A program made the position numbers and the translations under genes. From an uncultured delta proteobacterium (lineage in GTDB: Bacteria; Desulfobacterota; Binatia; Binatales; Binataceae), in the NCBI GenBank assembly GCA_963771325.1, contig CAVYTJ010000023.1:11963-75962 (forward strand): a stretch of DNA of 64,000 bases, read 5' to 3'. Below the pieces are notes generated by a model. The model saw only the letters and a program-made list of their open reading frames with translations, made no database searches and was not told the origin of the DNA. Below, piece by piece: positions 55,894 through 64,000 of the stretch; position 1 is the first letter of the stretch, and each line of letters begins with the position of its first letter.

Positions 55894-58025
55894 CGTTTGT
55901 GGCCGCGATGAACATGGCGCGGCGCCGGCGCAGGGGGGCGCGCCGACGCCGCTTGTATGCCATGCGTTGAGTCTGTCCCCAAAGAAGCTTCCGCCACGCG
56001 CGCGTCCGCGAGCACCGGCGCGAGGCGCAAGGTCACGCTTCCGGCACCCGCCGCCGCATCGGGGGCGGGCCGCTGCGCGATCACGTAACCGTCGCCTTCG
56101 ACCTCAAGGTTGAGATGGCGCCGGGCGGCCAGCGCAAAGGCGCGCCGCAGGCTGAGTCCGCTGAAATCCGGAATCCGATCGTCGCCGGTTAGCGCCGCGG
56201 CCGTCGCGTCATCGCCGCTGAGTTCCGAGCCCGGCGGGGCGTCAGGTGATTGGTCAATTGAAGCCTCGCGTGAAGCCTCGCGCGAATCGCCGCCCGCCGT
56301 AGGCACGGCCGGCAACAGGCTCGCCGTGTCGTAGTGTGGTGTATTCGAGGCCACGTTCAGATCGCTCAGCGCACCCGAAGCGATTTCGCTGAAGACCGGT
56401 GCGGCCGTCAGCCCGCCGAAGTGCCCGTGCGCGACGTCGTACAGCACGACCAGGATCACCAGGCGCGGATCGTCGGCGGGCAAAAAGCCGACGAACGAGG
56501 CCACCAGCCGGCTCTGGTAGTAAGCGCCGGTGGTGGGATTCACCATCTGCGCGGTGCCGGTCTTGCCGGCCACCACAAAATCGCTGACGCGCGCAAGGCG
56601 CCCGGTGCCGTCGGGGCCGTTGACCACGCCCTGCAACAGCCGATTCATGGTATGCGCGATCGCGGGCGAGATGACGCGATGGAGCGCCTCGGGCGTATGC
56701 GTCAGCAGCGGCCGGCCCGCGGCGTCGTAGGCGGCCTTGACCACGTAGGGACGCACCAGGTATCCGCCGTTGGCGATCGCCGCATAGGCGACCGCGAGCT
56801 GAATCGGCGTGACTCCCACGCCCTGGCCGAAGCCATGATTGGCGAGATCGATCTCGCGCCACGACGCGGGCTTGCGCAGGATACCGCCCGCCTCGCCCGG
56901 CAAATCGATCCCGGTGCGACCGCCAAGGCCGAACGCGCGCAGCCCGTTGTAGAAGCGGTCGGGCCCGAGCTTGAGCGCGATCTTGGAAGCGCCGATGTTC
57001 GAGGAGACCTCGATTATCCCGCCGAGATCGAGCCATCCGTGCGGACTGTCATCGTGGATCACGCGACGCGCCACCGTATACGCGCCGTTTTCGCAGTAGA
57101 TGCGCTGGTTCGGCGTGATTGCGCCGTCCTGCAGCGCGATCGAGGCGAGCAGACCCTTCATCGTCGAGCCCGGCTCGAAGGCGTCCTGCACCGCGGTGTC
57201 GTGCAGGCGCTCGCCGAGGCTTGCGCCGTCGGCCGCGATATTCGCCAGCGCCAGCACCTGGCCGCTGAACGGATCGAGCACCACGGCCGCGCCGCGCCGC
57301 GCGCCGCTCGCGCGCACTTCGGCGGCCAGGTCGTTTTCGGCCAGCGCCTGGATCCGCGCGTCGAGCGTCAACACCAGGCGCGCGCCGGCCTCGGGAGTCT
57401 TGAGCGCAAGCGGACTGTCGAAGATCGGATGGCCGAGCGCGTCATGATAGAAGCGCAACACCACCGGCTCGCCGCGGATCAGCCGATCGTATTGCAATTC
57501 GAGGCCGGAGAGACCCTGGCCATCCATCCCCGCCAACCCCACCACCGGCGCAGCCAGGGTGCTCTCCGGATAGAACCTTTTGTATTCGCTGAGCGCGCCC
57601 ACTCCGTCGAGGCTCAGCGCTTCGGCCGATTGTGACTGGGCGATCGGCAGATGGCGCCGCAGCCATACGAACGGCGCTCCGTGATGAAGCTTCGCCTCCA
57701 ATTCGGAGGGCGTGATTGCGAGCGCGGCGGCCAGCGACGCGCGCTGCTCGGGCGTGGCGGCGGCGAGCAGTTGCGCAGGCCGCGCATAGATCGATCGGGT
57801 CTCGGCTGAGAGCGCGAGCGGCTCGCCGTTGCGATCCGCGAGCGGCCCGCGCGGCGCCGCCAGCGCGATCTCGCCCATATGCTCGGTGCGCGCGAGCGAA
57901 GTCAGGCGCGGCCCGTCGAACACCACCAGCGCGGCGAGCCTGAGCGCGATGAGCACGAACAGCGCGGCCAGCACGATAGTCAGCGCGCCGATACGGCCGC
58001 GGCGCTTTTTGAACTGCTCGTTCAC
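55890..58025 (-). CDS. ftsI: penicillin-binding protein 3-type transpeptidase
   Basis: N-terminal TM helix (IGALTIVLAALFVLIAL), then SxxK STMK, SSN and KTGTA motifs. The GTG start forms a GTGA overlap with the ftsL stop. Confidence 0.9.
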   Translation of the reverse strand: MNEQFKKRRGRIGALTIVLAALFVLIALRLAALVVFDGPRLTSLARTEHMGEIALAAPRGPLADRNGEPLALSAETRSIYARPAQLLAAATPEQRASLAAALAITPSELEAKLHHGAPFVWLRRHLPIAQSQSAEALSLDGVGALSEYKRFYPESTLAAPVVGLAGMDGQGLSGLELQYDRLIRGEPVVLRFYHDALGHPIFDSPLALKTPEAGARLVLTLDARIQALAENDLAAEVRASGARRGAAVVLDPFSGQVLALANIAADGASLGERLHDTAVQDAFEPGSTMKGLLASIALQDGAITPNQRIYCENGAYTVARRVIHDDSPHGWLDLGGIIEVSSNIGASKIALKLGPDRFYNGLRAFGLGGRTGIDLPGEAGGILRKPASWREIDLANHGFGQGVGVTPIQLAVAYAAIANGGYLVRPYVVKAAYDAAGRPLLTHTPEALHRVISPAIAHTMNRLLQGVVNGPDGTGRLARVSDFVVAGKTGTAQMVNPTTGAYYQSRLVASFVGFLPADDPRLVILVVLYDVAHGHFGGLTAAPVFSEIASGALSDLNVASNTPHYDTASLLPAVPTAGGDSREASREASIDQSPDAPPGSELSGDDATAAALTGDDRIPDFSGLSLRRAFALAARRHLNLEVEGDGYVIAQRPAPDAAAGAGSVTLRLAPVLADARVAEASLGTDSTHGIQAASARPPAPAPRHVHRGHKR

Positions 58026-58312
58026 GGCAGCGTCACCACCTGACCAGGCGCGGGCGGACCAAGGTTGAATTTCGGCGCCAGCGCGCGCAGGCGCTCGCGC
58101 GAGGCGACTTCGGCCACGCCCAGGCGCAGGTTGCGGTTGTCCTCTTCGAGCTTGAGATTGCCGCTGCGCAGCGTCGAGAGCCGATAGCCCTCCTGCGTGA
58201 CCTCCAGGCGAACCATCAGCGTGGCAAATCCCAATGCGATAACGCCCACTGCCAGAATCGCCTGCAGCAAGCGCGACGGCGGGCGCGACGGCTTGACCCG
58301 CGCGCGGCTCAT
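58022..58312 (-). CDS. ftsL: FtsL-like cell division protein
   Basis: 96 aa with a basic N-terminus, one TM helix and a coiled-coil-like region (LKLEEDNRNLRLGVAEV). Overlaps the rsmH stop and the ftsI start. Confidence 0.7.
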   Translation of the reverse strand: MSRARVKPSRPPSRLLQAILAVGVIALGFATLMVRLEVTQEGYRLSTLRSGNLKLEEDNRNLRLGVAEVASRERLRALAPKFNLGPPAPGQVVTLP

Positions 58313-59232
58313 CGCGGCCCCCGTTCGATAGCGCGCAGGCGCGCGCTGCGCGCACGCGGATTGTACGCGCATTCGGATGCTTGAGGACGAAGCGCCTTGC
58401 GCGTCAGCGCCACGAAGCCGCCTTCCTGCGCGAGCGCGCGGAAGCGATGCTTGACCGGGCGATCCTCCAGCGAGTGGTAAGCGATGATCGCGAGACGGCC
58501 GCCCGCGTTGAGGCATCCCGGAGCGCGCTCGAGCAGTGCCGCCAGGCTCTCGATCTCGTGGTTGACCGCGATGCGCAATGCCTGAAAAGTGCGGGTCGCC
58601 GGATGAATCGCGCCGCGATGGCGCGTGCCGGCCGCGCGTTCGATAACCGCGCGCAACTCCGCAGTGGTGGTCAACGGACGGCGGCGGCGGGCCTCCACGA
58701 TTGCCCGCGCGATCCGCCGCGCGGCGCGTTCCTCACCGAACTCGCGGATGATCCGTTCGAGTTCGTCCTCCCCTTCCTCATTGAGCAAATCGTAGGCGCT
58801 CAACGGCGCCGCCGGATCCATCCGCATGTCGAGCGGGCCGTCATTTCTGAAACTGAAACCGCGCGCCGGATCGTCGAGCGCAAAAGTGCTCATGCCCAAA
58901 TCGGCCAGAATCGCGTCGGGCGCGCCCAGCGCGGCTTCGGCGATCGCGCGATCGATCTCGGCGAAGTCGCCCTGACGCAGCACCAGGCGCGATCCGAAAC
59001 GGCTAAGGCGCTCGGCGGCGGCCTTAAGCGCGTGCGGGTCGCGATCCAGCCCAAGCAGCGTCGCGCCGCTGTGCTCCAGCAGGCTTTCGGCGTGTCCGCC
59101 GGTGCCTAGCGTGGCGTCGACGACGAGGCGCCGCTCGCCCTCGCACAGCAGAGCGCGCACCTCGCCCGGCATCACCGGTAGATGCGGCCGATCCGCTCCC
59201 GCATTCGATTCCGCTGCCAGCGCCATCACCAC
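58309..59232 (-). CDS. rsmH: 16S rRNA (cytosine1402-N4)-methyltransferase
   Basis: HLPVM..EV...DATLGTGGH...DLGMS...FSF...GPLDMRM...AIIAYHSLEDR motifs. Confidence 0.95.
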   Translation of the reverse strand: MVMALAAESNAGADRPHLPVMPGEVRALLCEGERRLVVDATLGTGGHAESLLEHSGATLLGLDRDPHALKAAAERLSRFGSRLVLRQGDFAEIDRAIAEAALGAPDAILADLGMSTFALDDPARGFSFRNDGPLDMRMDPAAPLSAYDLLNEEGEDELERIIREFGEERAARRIARAIVEARRRRPLTTTAELRAVIERAAGTRHRGAIHPATRTFQALRIAVNHEIESLAALLERAPGCLNAGGRLAIIAYHSLEDRPVKHRFRALAQEGGFVALTRKALRPQASECAYNPRARSARLRAIERGPR

Positions 59233-59682
59233 CTACAAATTGAGCTTCGCGACGAATTCCGGATCCGCCATCTGCTCCGCGGCCGCCTCGACGATTCGTT
59301 GCAGCACGGCCTTGTCCCAAAGCTGAAAATTGTCAATTAATGCATTAAAGGTGACGTCGCGGTCGAAACGGGCATACTCGCGAAGCTTGGGCGGAATCAG
59401 TATCCTGCCCTGGCGATCGACTTGAACTTCATGCGCGCCGCCGATCAAAAACATCTGCAAAGTTTGAGTCGCAGGGTCGAGGCTTCCACGCTCTCTGATT
59501 TTGCCAATCAACTTGGTCCATTCGCCTGGAGGATAGAGCGCAAGACAACGCTCCTTGTGTTGAGTCCAGTTGGTGATGACCAGGCTTTCATGACCATCGC
59601 GCTCCAGCACCTCGCGGAAGCGGGACGGGATACTGACTCGTCCCTTTTCGTCGATCGCATGGTCGAATCGTCCGCTGAACAC
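59233..59682 (-). CDS. mraZ: transcriptional regulator MraZ
   Basis: (V)FSGRFDHAIDEKGRVSIPSRFR and a second SpoVT/AbrB-like repeat QVDRQGRILIPPKLR. A GTG start was chosen to give the canonical N-terminus. Confidence 0.9.
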   Translation of the reverse strand: MFSGRFDHAIDEKGRVSIPSRFREVLERDGHESLVITNWTQHKERCLALYPPGEWTKLIGKIRERGSLDPATQTLQMFLIGGAHEVQVDRQGRILIPPKLREYARFDRDVTFNALIDNFQLWDKAVLQRIVEAAAEQMADPEFVAKLNL

Positions 59683-59700
59683 CGCAACGCCCCCTATCCC

Positions 59701-59725
59701 CCCACAACATCCCACTCAATCCCAC
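59701..59725 (-). promoter_or_regulatory. three GTGGG direct repeats at 10-bp phasing (MraZ box array)
   Basis: Plus-strand CCCAC at 59701, 59711 and 59721. Minus strand: GGTGGGattgaGTGGGatgttGTGGGggg. A TTGACT hexamer lies just upstream (59729..59734). Confidence 0.6.
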
Positions 59726-59910
59726 CATAGTCAAGTCGATTTGATTAGTGCGCAGTGGCGAAATTCGAAGTTATGGCGCTGAAGTAGCTAAAACGAAAGA
59801 AAAGCGAAACTCAGTCCGTTCTTGACATCGCGGCCTTCTATCCAAAACAATCGTGCGCAATCGTTTTCTGACAATCGCCGGTCCCCGGGACATCTCGGAT
59901 TCTGAGCAAG

Positions 59911-60732
59911 GTGGTGGAGATGACTGAGAAGAAGTGTGTATCGCGCTCTGCGCTATGGGCATCCGCGCTCGCGGGTACGTTCGCGCTGGTGGCTGCCGGC
60001 GTGGCGCTTGCCGTGAGCACTCGGGCGGCGGCTGAGGTCGCGGCCGCGGCTGATACGGCGGCGCCCTCTGTTGCGGCCAAGTCCGAGAGAGCCGATTCGG
60101 CAAGCACCAATTCCGCTGGAGTAAAGACCTGGGATTTCGACCACGACCGTGGCTACTCGAAACCGCAGGATTGGATTGCGGTCGCGGGCGATTGGCGGGT
60201 GGTTATCGATCGGGACGCACCGAGCGAGCCGAATACTCTGGGCTTGCCGGGCTATGGCCTGCCGCACACAGGACAGGTGAAAATCTGGTTTAGTTCTTTT
60301 TTCAACACTGATTATCTAGTGGCTATTCCGAAGGACACCACTGAATATGGCGACTTCAGCTACGAGGCCGCCTTCAAGGCATGGGGTGGCGCCTGGGGTA
60401 GCTATGCAGGCCTTGTCTTCCGTTACACCGATCCGCAGAGCTACTACGTACTTGCGGCGACCTGCCCCAAGGACACCCTGGCGCTGTACCGGATGAGCGG
60501 CGGACAGTTGAATATGATCAAGGAAGTTCCGGCGACGCTGGAGCGCGGACGATGGTACACGTTCAAGGTTGACGCGCGCGGCGGCCATTTCATCGCCTAT
60601 CTCGACGGCAAGCAGATGTTCGCGGCCGACGACGGCTCGATCGCCAAGGGGCGCATCGGAGTGTGGTCGCAGAACGATTCAAGGGTGAGTTTCGACAATA
60701 TCAAGTTGACGCCCGCGGCATCCGGTTCGTAG
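59911..60732 (+). CDS. secreted concanavalin-A-like/LamG (DUF1080-like) domain protein
   Basis: Signal/anchor ALWASALAGTFALVAAGVALA. C-terminal jelly-roll pattern GDWRVV...YGDFSYEAAFK...GLVFRY...WYTFKVDARGGHFIAYLDGK...GRIGVWSQN...FDNIKL. Confidence 0.6.
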   Translation: MVEMTEKKCVSRSALWASALAGTFALVAAGVALAVSTRAAAEVAAAADTAAPSVAAKSERADSASTNSAGVKTWDFDHDRGYSKPQDWIAVAGDWRVVIDRDAPSEPNTLGLPGYGLPHTGQVKIWFSSFFNTDYLVAIPKDTTEYGDFSYEAAFKAWGGAWGSYAGLVFRYTDPQSYYVLAATCPKDTLALYRMSGGQLNMIKEVPATLERGRWYTFKVDARGGHFIAYLDGKQMFAADDGSIAKGRIGVWSQNDSRVSFDNIKLTPAASGS

Positions 60733-60775
60733 CCGCTTGCGCCCCCGCAAGCCGCTGCCATAGGGTGGGGAATCG

Positions 60776-61039
60776 ATGGTGGATTCGGTTCAGGAGCAGG
60801 CCCGCGTTTCGCAGGAGCCGCACGTGCCCGAAGCTCTGGGCGTGAGCGGATTTCTCGGCACGGTGCTGTACGGGGTCGGCGTGAGTCTGGGACTCGCGCT
60901 GTTGTGGTTCATGGAGGTCGTGCGCAACATTTTCTTCCGCGCGCTCGATCGGCTTAACGTCAAGCCACGCCGGGGCCGCGCCAGCGCATTTCCTCCCGGG
61001 CAGCCGCGCAAGCATCCCGAGTCGCCCCCCTCAAGTTAG
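60776..61039 (+). CDS. small membrane protein, hypothetical
   Basis: 87-aa ORF with one strong TM segment (GFLGTVLYGVGVSLGLALLWF). No other support. Confidence 0.3.
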   Translation: MVDSVQEQARVSQEPHVPEALGVSGFLGTVLYGVGVSLGLALLWFMEVVRNIFFRALDRLNVKPRRGRASAFPPGQPRKHPESPPSS

Positions 61040-61118
61040 GCCCGACCGCGCCATCCGCGGCCAGTCTTGCGTATCAATCGCGGTCGAAACTCGCAGCTTA
61101 CTCCGCGCTCGAAGCATC

Positions 61119-63605
61119 TTACTCGGATCGCGGTTTGATCGTCCGCGCGGTTCGTTTGCCGTTGCCGTCAGCGTCGCGGCGTGGGCGCAGAAATGGCTCG
61201 ACCACCTCCTGCGCCGCGGCTTCCGTATCATCTCGCGCGTCATCTTGTCGCATCTCATCTTGCACCTCGTCGAGCAGTCGTCCGAGGTAACGCGCGAGAT
61301 TGTCGTCGAGCACGCGCACCAGCGCGCCGGTATGGGCGGCCTGGGTGATCTTGAGAAAGCCGTCCAGCCGATGACCGCGGTCGTGCTGGCGAATCAGACG
61401 CGCAATCGCGTCGTGCGAAAGCGCGGCCAGCTTGGTCTTGAGCGCGCGCCGCATCTCCTCGAAGACCTCGCCCAGCGCGGAAGCGGGCAGCGCCGTGCCC
61501 AGCACAAATCCGCATCGCGGACAGCGCGGTACGAGATCCAGCGTGATCGGCGCGTCGGCCGCGCATCGCACGATCTGACGTCCCAATTCTTCGACTCGCA
61601 TTCCGAGCGCCTCGCCGGCGGGAGCGCCCAGCGCGGCGATCGAGTTAAGCCTGCCCAGCGCGCCGAAATGCTCCCGCGCGTCGGCGAGCTCGATCGCTAC
61701 ACGCTCGCTCCGACGCCGCCAGCGTTCATGCGCGGCCTGATAGATCTGGATATAGTTCCACTTGAATTTCTGAAAGCGTATCTGGAGCGTCTCGATGCTC
61801 CGAGAATCCCAGCGCGGCATCGCGGCTTCGAGCGCGGCGAGCAGGAGCTGGCACTCGACCTGCGCCGCCGCCACCGCCTTGTCCACGGCCGGGGCATCGC
61901 CCACGAACTCTCCCGCACTAACTCCCGCAAGATCGGGCATCAACTCGGTCGCGCGCAGATAGTCGCGCATCTCGCGCAGCCGCGGCGCCGCCACGGCCGC
62001 CGTCGCCAACCCCTCGTATGCGGCAACGACGCGCTCCACGCGTGCCCGCGATTGGGTCTCGGCCGCCTGCTCGACCAGCGCACCCGCACCGGCCTCGGCG
62101 AGAGCGATAAAATCCTCCACCGCTTGCCGATACTCCGGCTTGAGCTCGGTGCGCAGCTCGCGATGCGCCGTGTCCAGTATCGTGCCGACACGATGCGCCG
62201 CTTCCACCGCCCGCGCCATCGCATCGCCCGCGCGCCTGAGCCTGGTCCGCAACTCGGGCAGTTCGGCCGCCTCACCCAGCGTCGAGTCGAAACGCCGCAG
62301 GAGCGGGAGCGCGTTGTTGAAGGCCGCGACTTCGGGCGCTCCGGCGGCACGCGGATTGAACCGCGCTCCGAGCGCGTCGAAAGCAATCACGCCGCCGGTG
62401 CGTGCGGCGAGCGCGTCCAGCATCGTGGCGATTGCGCCAACGGCCGCAGCGAAGGAGCCGTGGCGCTGGTAGTGCTCGCGCATACGCGTGCGCAATTCGC
62501 CGGGCGAAAGCGCGTGCGCGCTGCCGCTCAGCGACTCCAGCAACAGCGCGTCGACGATCCCGCGCGCGCGCCCACGTTCTTCCATCGCGTCGGCGGCGCG
62601 ATACGCAATCCTAAGCGCCGCGCGCCCGCCCTCCCCCAGCCGTTCGTCCACCCGCCTCGCCACCGCCGCGGCGTCCATCAACTCGACCGGCAGAAGCGGA
62701 CGCACACGGCTGTCGACGGTATTTTCTTGCCAGGCCGCCAGCGCCGCGCTCACAAGTTTACCCATCGCTGCCACAGTCGACGGCTCGCCGGCCAGGGCCC
62801 GTAGCGTTTCGATCGATCGCGGATCGAACGGGAAGATCGCGCGCGGCTCGAAACCGCCCCCAGAGCCGCCAATGTCGGCGCCGGCATACCATGCCGCGGC
62901 GCCGGCCTCGTCCACGACGCGGCGCGTCCGCGCGAGCGCGGCGAGCATCCGTTCCGCCCCGTCGGCCGGAGCGGTTTCGAGCGCCACGGCGCCGGCCGGC
63001 GCTCTGCTGCGCGCCGCAACGTACACGTTGAACGCGACCTGGCGGCCGCGCGCGGCCACGCGCGCGAGTTCCGCGAAGTAGTCGCCCCAGGCCGACGCGT
63101 CGGCCGCGCCGAAATCTATCGCGACGCTGATAGCGCGGATCCCGACGCGATGGGCCTGCTCGAATGCGACGCCCAGCGCCTCGCCGCCGTGCAACCGGCG
63201 CCACAGCATCGCGCCCGCGTCGCCGACGCCGATCTCGCGCGCGAGCAAATCGAACATCCGTTGCTCGAGATCGTACGCGCCCGCGCCGCCCTCGAGTCCG
63301 AGCCTGACGATCGCACGCCGTCCCTGGGCCGTGCCCGCGCGCTCCTCCAGCGCCATCACGTAGTTCAAAAAATGGGTTTTGCCTGCGCCGGATGGTCCTC
63401 CAATCCAGAAAACCGCGCCGGCGCCCGAGGCAAGGCTCGCGCTGATTGCGGCCCATGCGCGACTTGCGGCTTCGGTAAGCAGGTAAAATTCGACGGTGCC
63501 CGCGCCCGGCACGGATTCGAGCGCGGCTCGATCCGCCACTGGCGGTCCGAATTCGATCAAGCCGCCGCTTTCTATTTGCTGCCGAGCGCGCTCATGCACC
63601 GCCAT
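61119..63605 (-). CDS. large orphan P-loop NTPase (BrxC/PglY/DUF499-like organisation, tentative) with C-terminal Cys cluster
   Basis: Walker A GGPSGAGKTHFLNYV, candidate Walker B ISVAIDFG, FPFDPRSIETL motif, a long helical region, then C-x14-CPRCGF. Confidence 0.8.
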   Translation of the reverse strand: MAVHERARQQIESGGLIEFGPPVADRAALESVPGAGTVEFYLLTEAASRAWAAISASLASGAGAVFWIGGPSGAGKTHFLNYVMALEERAGTAQGRRAIVRLGLEGGAGAYDLEQRMFDLLAREIGVGDAGAMLWRRLHGGEALGVAFEQAHRVGIRAISVAIDFGAADASAWGDYFAELARVAARGRQVAFNVYVAARSRAPAGAVALETAPADGAERMLAALARTRRVVDEAGAAAWYAGADIGGSGGGFEPRAIFPFDPRSIETLRALAGEPSTVAAMGKLVSAALAAWQENTVDSRVRPLLPVELMDAAAVARRVDERLGEGGRAALRIAYRAADAMEERGRARGIVDALLLESLSGSAHALSPGELRTRMREHYQRHGSFAAAVGAIATMLDALAARTGGVIAFDALGARFNPRAAGAPEVAAFNNALPLLRRFDSTLGEAAELPELRTRLRRAGDAMARAVEAAHRVGTILDTAHRELRTELKPEYRQAVEDFIALAEAGAGALVEQAAETQSRARVERVVAAYEGLATAAVAAPRLREMRDYLRATELMPDLAGVSAGEFVGDAPAVDKAVAAAQVECQLLLAALEAAMPRWDSRSIETLQIRFQKFKWNYIQIYQAAHERWRRRSERVAIELADAREHFGALGRLNSIAALGAPAGEALGMRVEELGRQIVRCAADAPITLDLVPRCPRCGFVLGTALPASALGEVFEEMRRALKTKLAALSHDAIARLIRQHDRGHRLDGFLKITQAAHTGALVRVLDDNLARYLGRLLDEVQDEMRQDDARDDTEAAAQEVVEPFLRPRRDADGNGKRTARTIKPRSE

Positions 63606-63696
63606 GAAGCAGTTCTAACATGGCGGCCCGAGCCGTTCGCTCGCGGCCCGAATGACGGAGGTCAGGATTCACGCGCGTGTGGCTCGCGTGTCCGTC

Positions 63697-63735
63697 TTAT
63701 GCACGGGGCTTATGCATGGGGCGTATGCACCGAAC
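63697..63735 (-). repeat. three tandem 13-bp direct repeats upstream of the ATPase gene
   Basis: ttatgcacggggc ttatgcatggggc gtatgcaccgaac, lying 90-130 nt upstream of the start codon at 63605. Confidence 0.8.
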
Positions 63736-63747
63736 GCTTCGCGCCGC

Positions 63748-64000
63748 TTAGACCACGCCGTCGCCGCGCAGGCGCTCGAGTTCGGCGGCGTCGATTCCGA
63801 GGCTCGCCAGCACTTCGGCGGTATGCTCGCCCAGCACCGGCGGACGCATCCGCGGACGCTCGAGCTCCGGCGACTCCGACAGTTTGATCGGCGATCCGGC
63901 GACCTTGATCGCGCCGCGAGTCGGGAATTCGCTGTCGAGCAGCATCCCGCGGCGCGCCACTTCGGGATCGGCGGTCAATTCTTCCACCGTGCGTACCGGA
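63748..64000 (-). CDS. family III CoA-transferase, C-terminal part (gene runs off the window)
   Basis: ...GSPIKLSESPELERPRMRPPVLGEHTAEVLASLGIDAAELERLRGDGVV, typical CaiB/BaiF C-terminus. The reading frame is open to the window edge. Confidence 0.75.
   Translation of the reverse strand, partial: PVRTVEELTADPEVARRGMLLDSEFPTRGAIKVAGSPIKLSESPELERPRMRPPVLGEHTAEVLASLGIDAAELERLRGDGVV

Noticed and set aside
55890-58355. 110-aa N-terminal extension of FtsI, and the similar extension of ORF 58022..58516 for FtsL.
   Set aside because: The extensions overlap ftsL/rsmH coding sequence and are low-complexity. The GTGA and ATGA coupled starts at 58025 and 58312 give canonical N-termini and TM helices.

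Overview
GC-rich, gene-dense bacterial chromosomal window; I cannot assign a taxon from sequence alone. No rRNA, CRISPR array, transposase or integrase was recognised. All family names come from motif recognition, not from searches.

Layout:
- 1-4.2 kb: an Flp/Tad pilin, a PDZ protein, a NIPSNAP protein, a frameshifted alpha/beta hydrolase, tRNA-Lys(UUU), and a lower-GC gene-poor stretch.
- 4.26-10.6 kb, minus strand: one tightly coupled respiratory operon. It encodes a caa3-type cytochrome c oxidase (ctaC-D-E, CtaG-like), a Rieske protein and a cytochrome b with a fused c-type haem domain.
- 10.8-30.9 kb: mixed housekeeping and accessory genes. These include hydrolases, an MHYT sensor kinase, a CoA-transferase, a CYTH-like protein, a split chrA pair, a MetE-like protein, a GT39 glycosyltransferase, two F420-type enzymes, a molybdopterin oxidoreductase, tRNA-Glu(UUC), a JAB/MPN protein, an MFS transporter and MgtC.
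- 30.9-38.1 kb, minus strand: kdpF-A-B-C followed by a sigma-54-type AAA+ activator instead of kdpDE.
- 38.25-43.3 kb, plus strand: a TetR-headed operon of ferritin-like/DUF455-like proteins with internal duplications, ending in an M20 peptidase.
- 43.6-59.7 kb, minus strand: a dcw cluster, mraZ-rsmH-ftsL-ftsI-murE-[308-nt spacer]-mraY-murD-ftsW-murG-murC-murB-ftsQ-ftsA-ftsZ. It lacks murF and ddl.
- 59.9-64 kb: a secreted lectin-fold protein, an orphan 828-aa P-loop ATPase and the 3' end of a CoA-transferase.

Strongest candidates for something new:
1. A ~120-bp regulatory module present twice, upstream of kdp and upstream of a CxxC mini-protein. Each copy ends in a -24/-12 (sigma-54-like) promoter, and the two copies flank a domain-less activator whose GAFTGA loop is degenerate.
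2. The uncharacterised ferritin-like/DUF455 operon with two duplicated gene pairs.
3. The orphan BrxC/PglY-like ATPase with an upstream 13-bp direct-repeat array.

Smaller oddities: in-frame tandem repeats inside murC and ctaG, four stacked perfect palindromes downstream of ftsZ, a 9-bp AATTG repeat array in the mgtC leader, and a long-form KdpC.

Coordinates of non-ORF features were anchored to ORF-track frames where possible and may be off by 1-2 nt.
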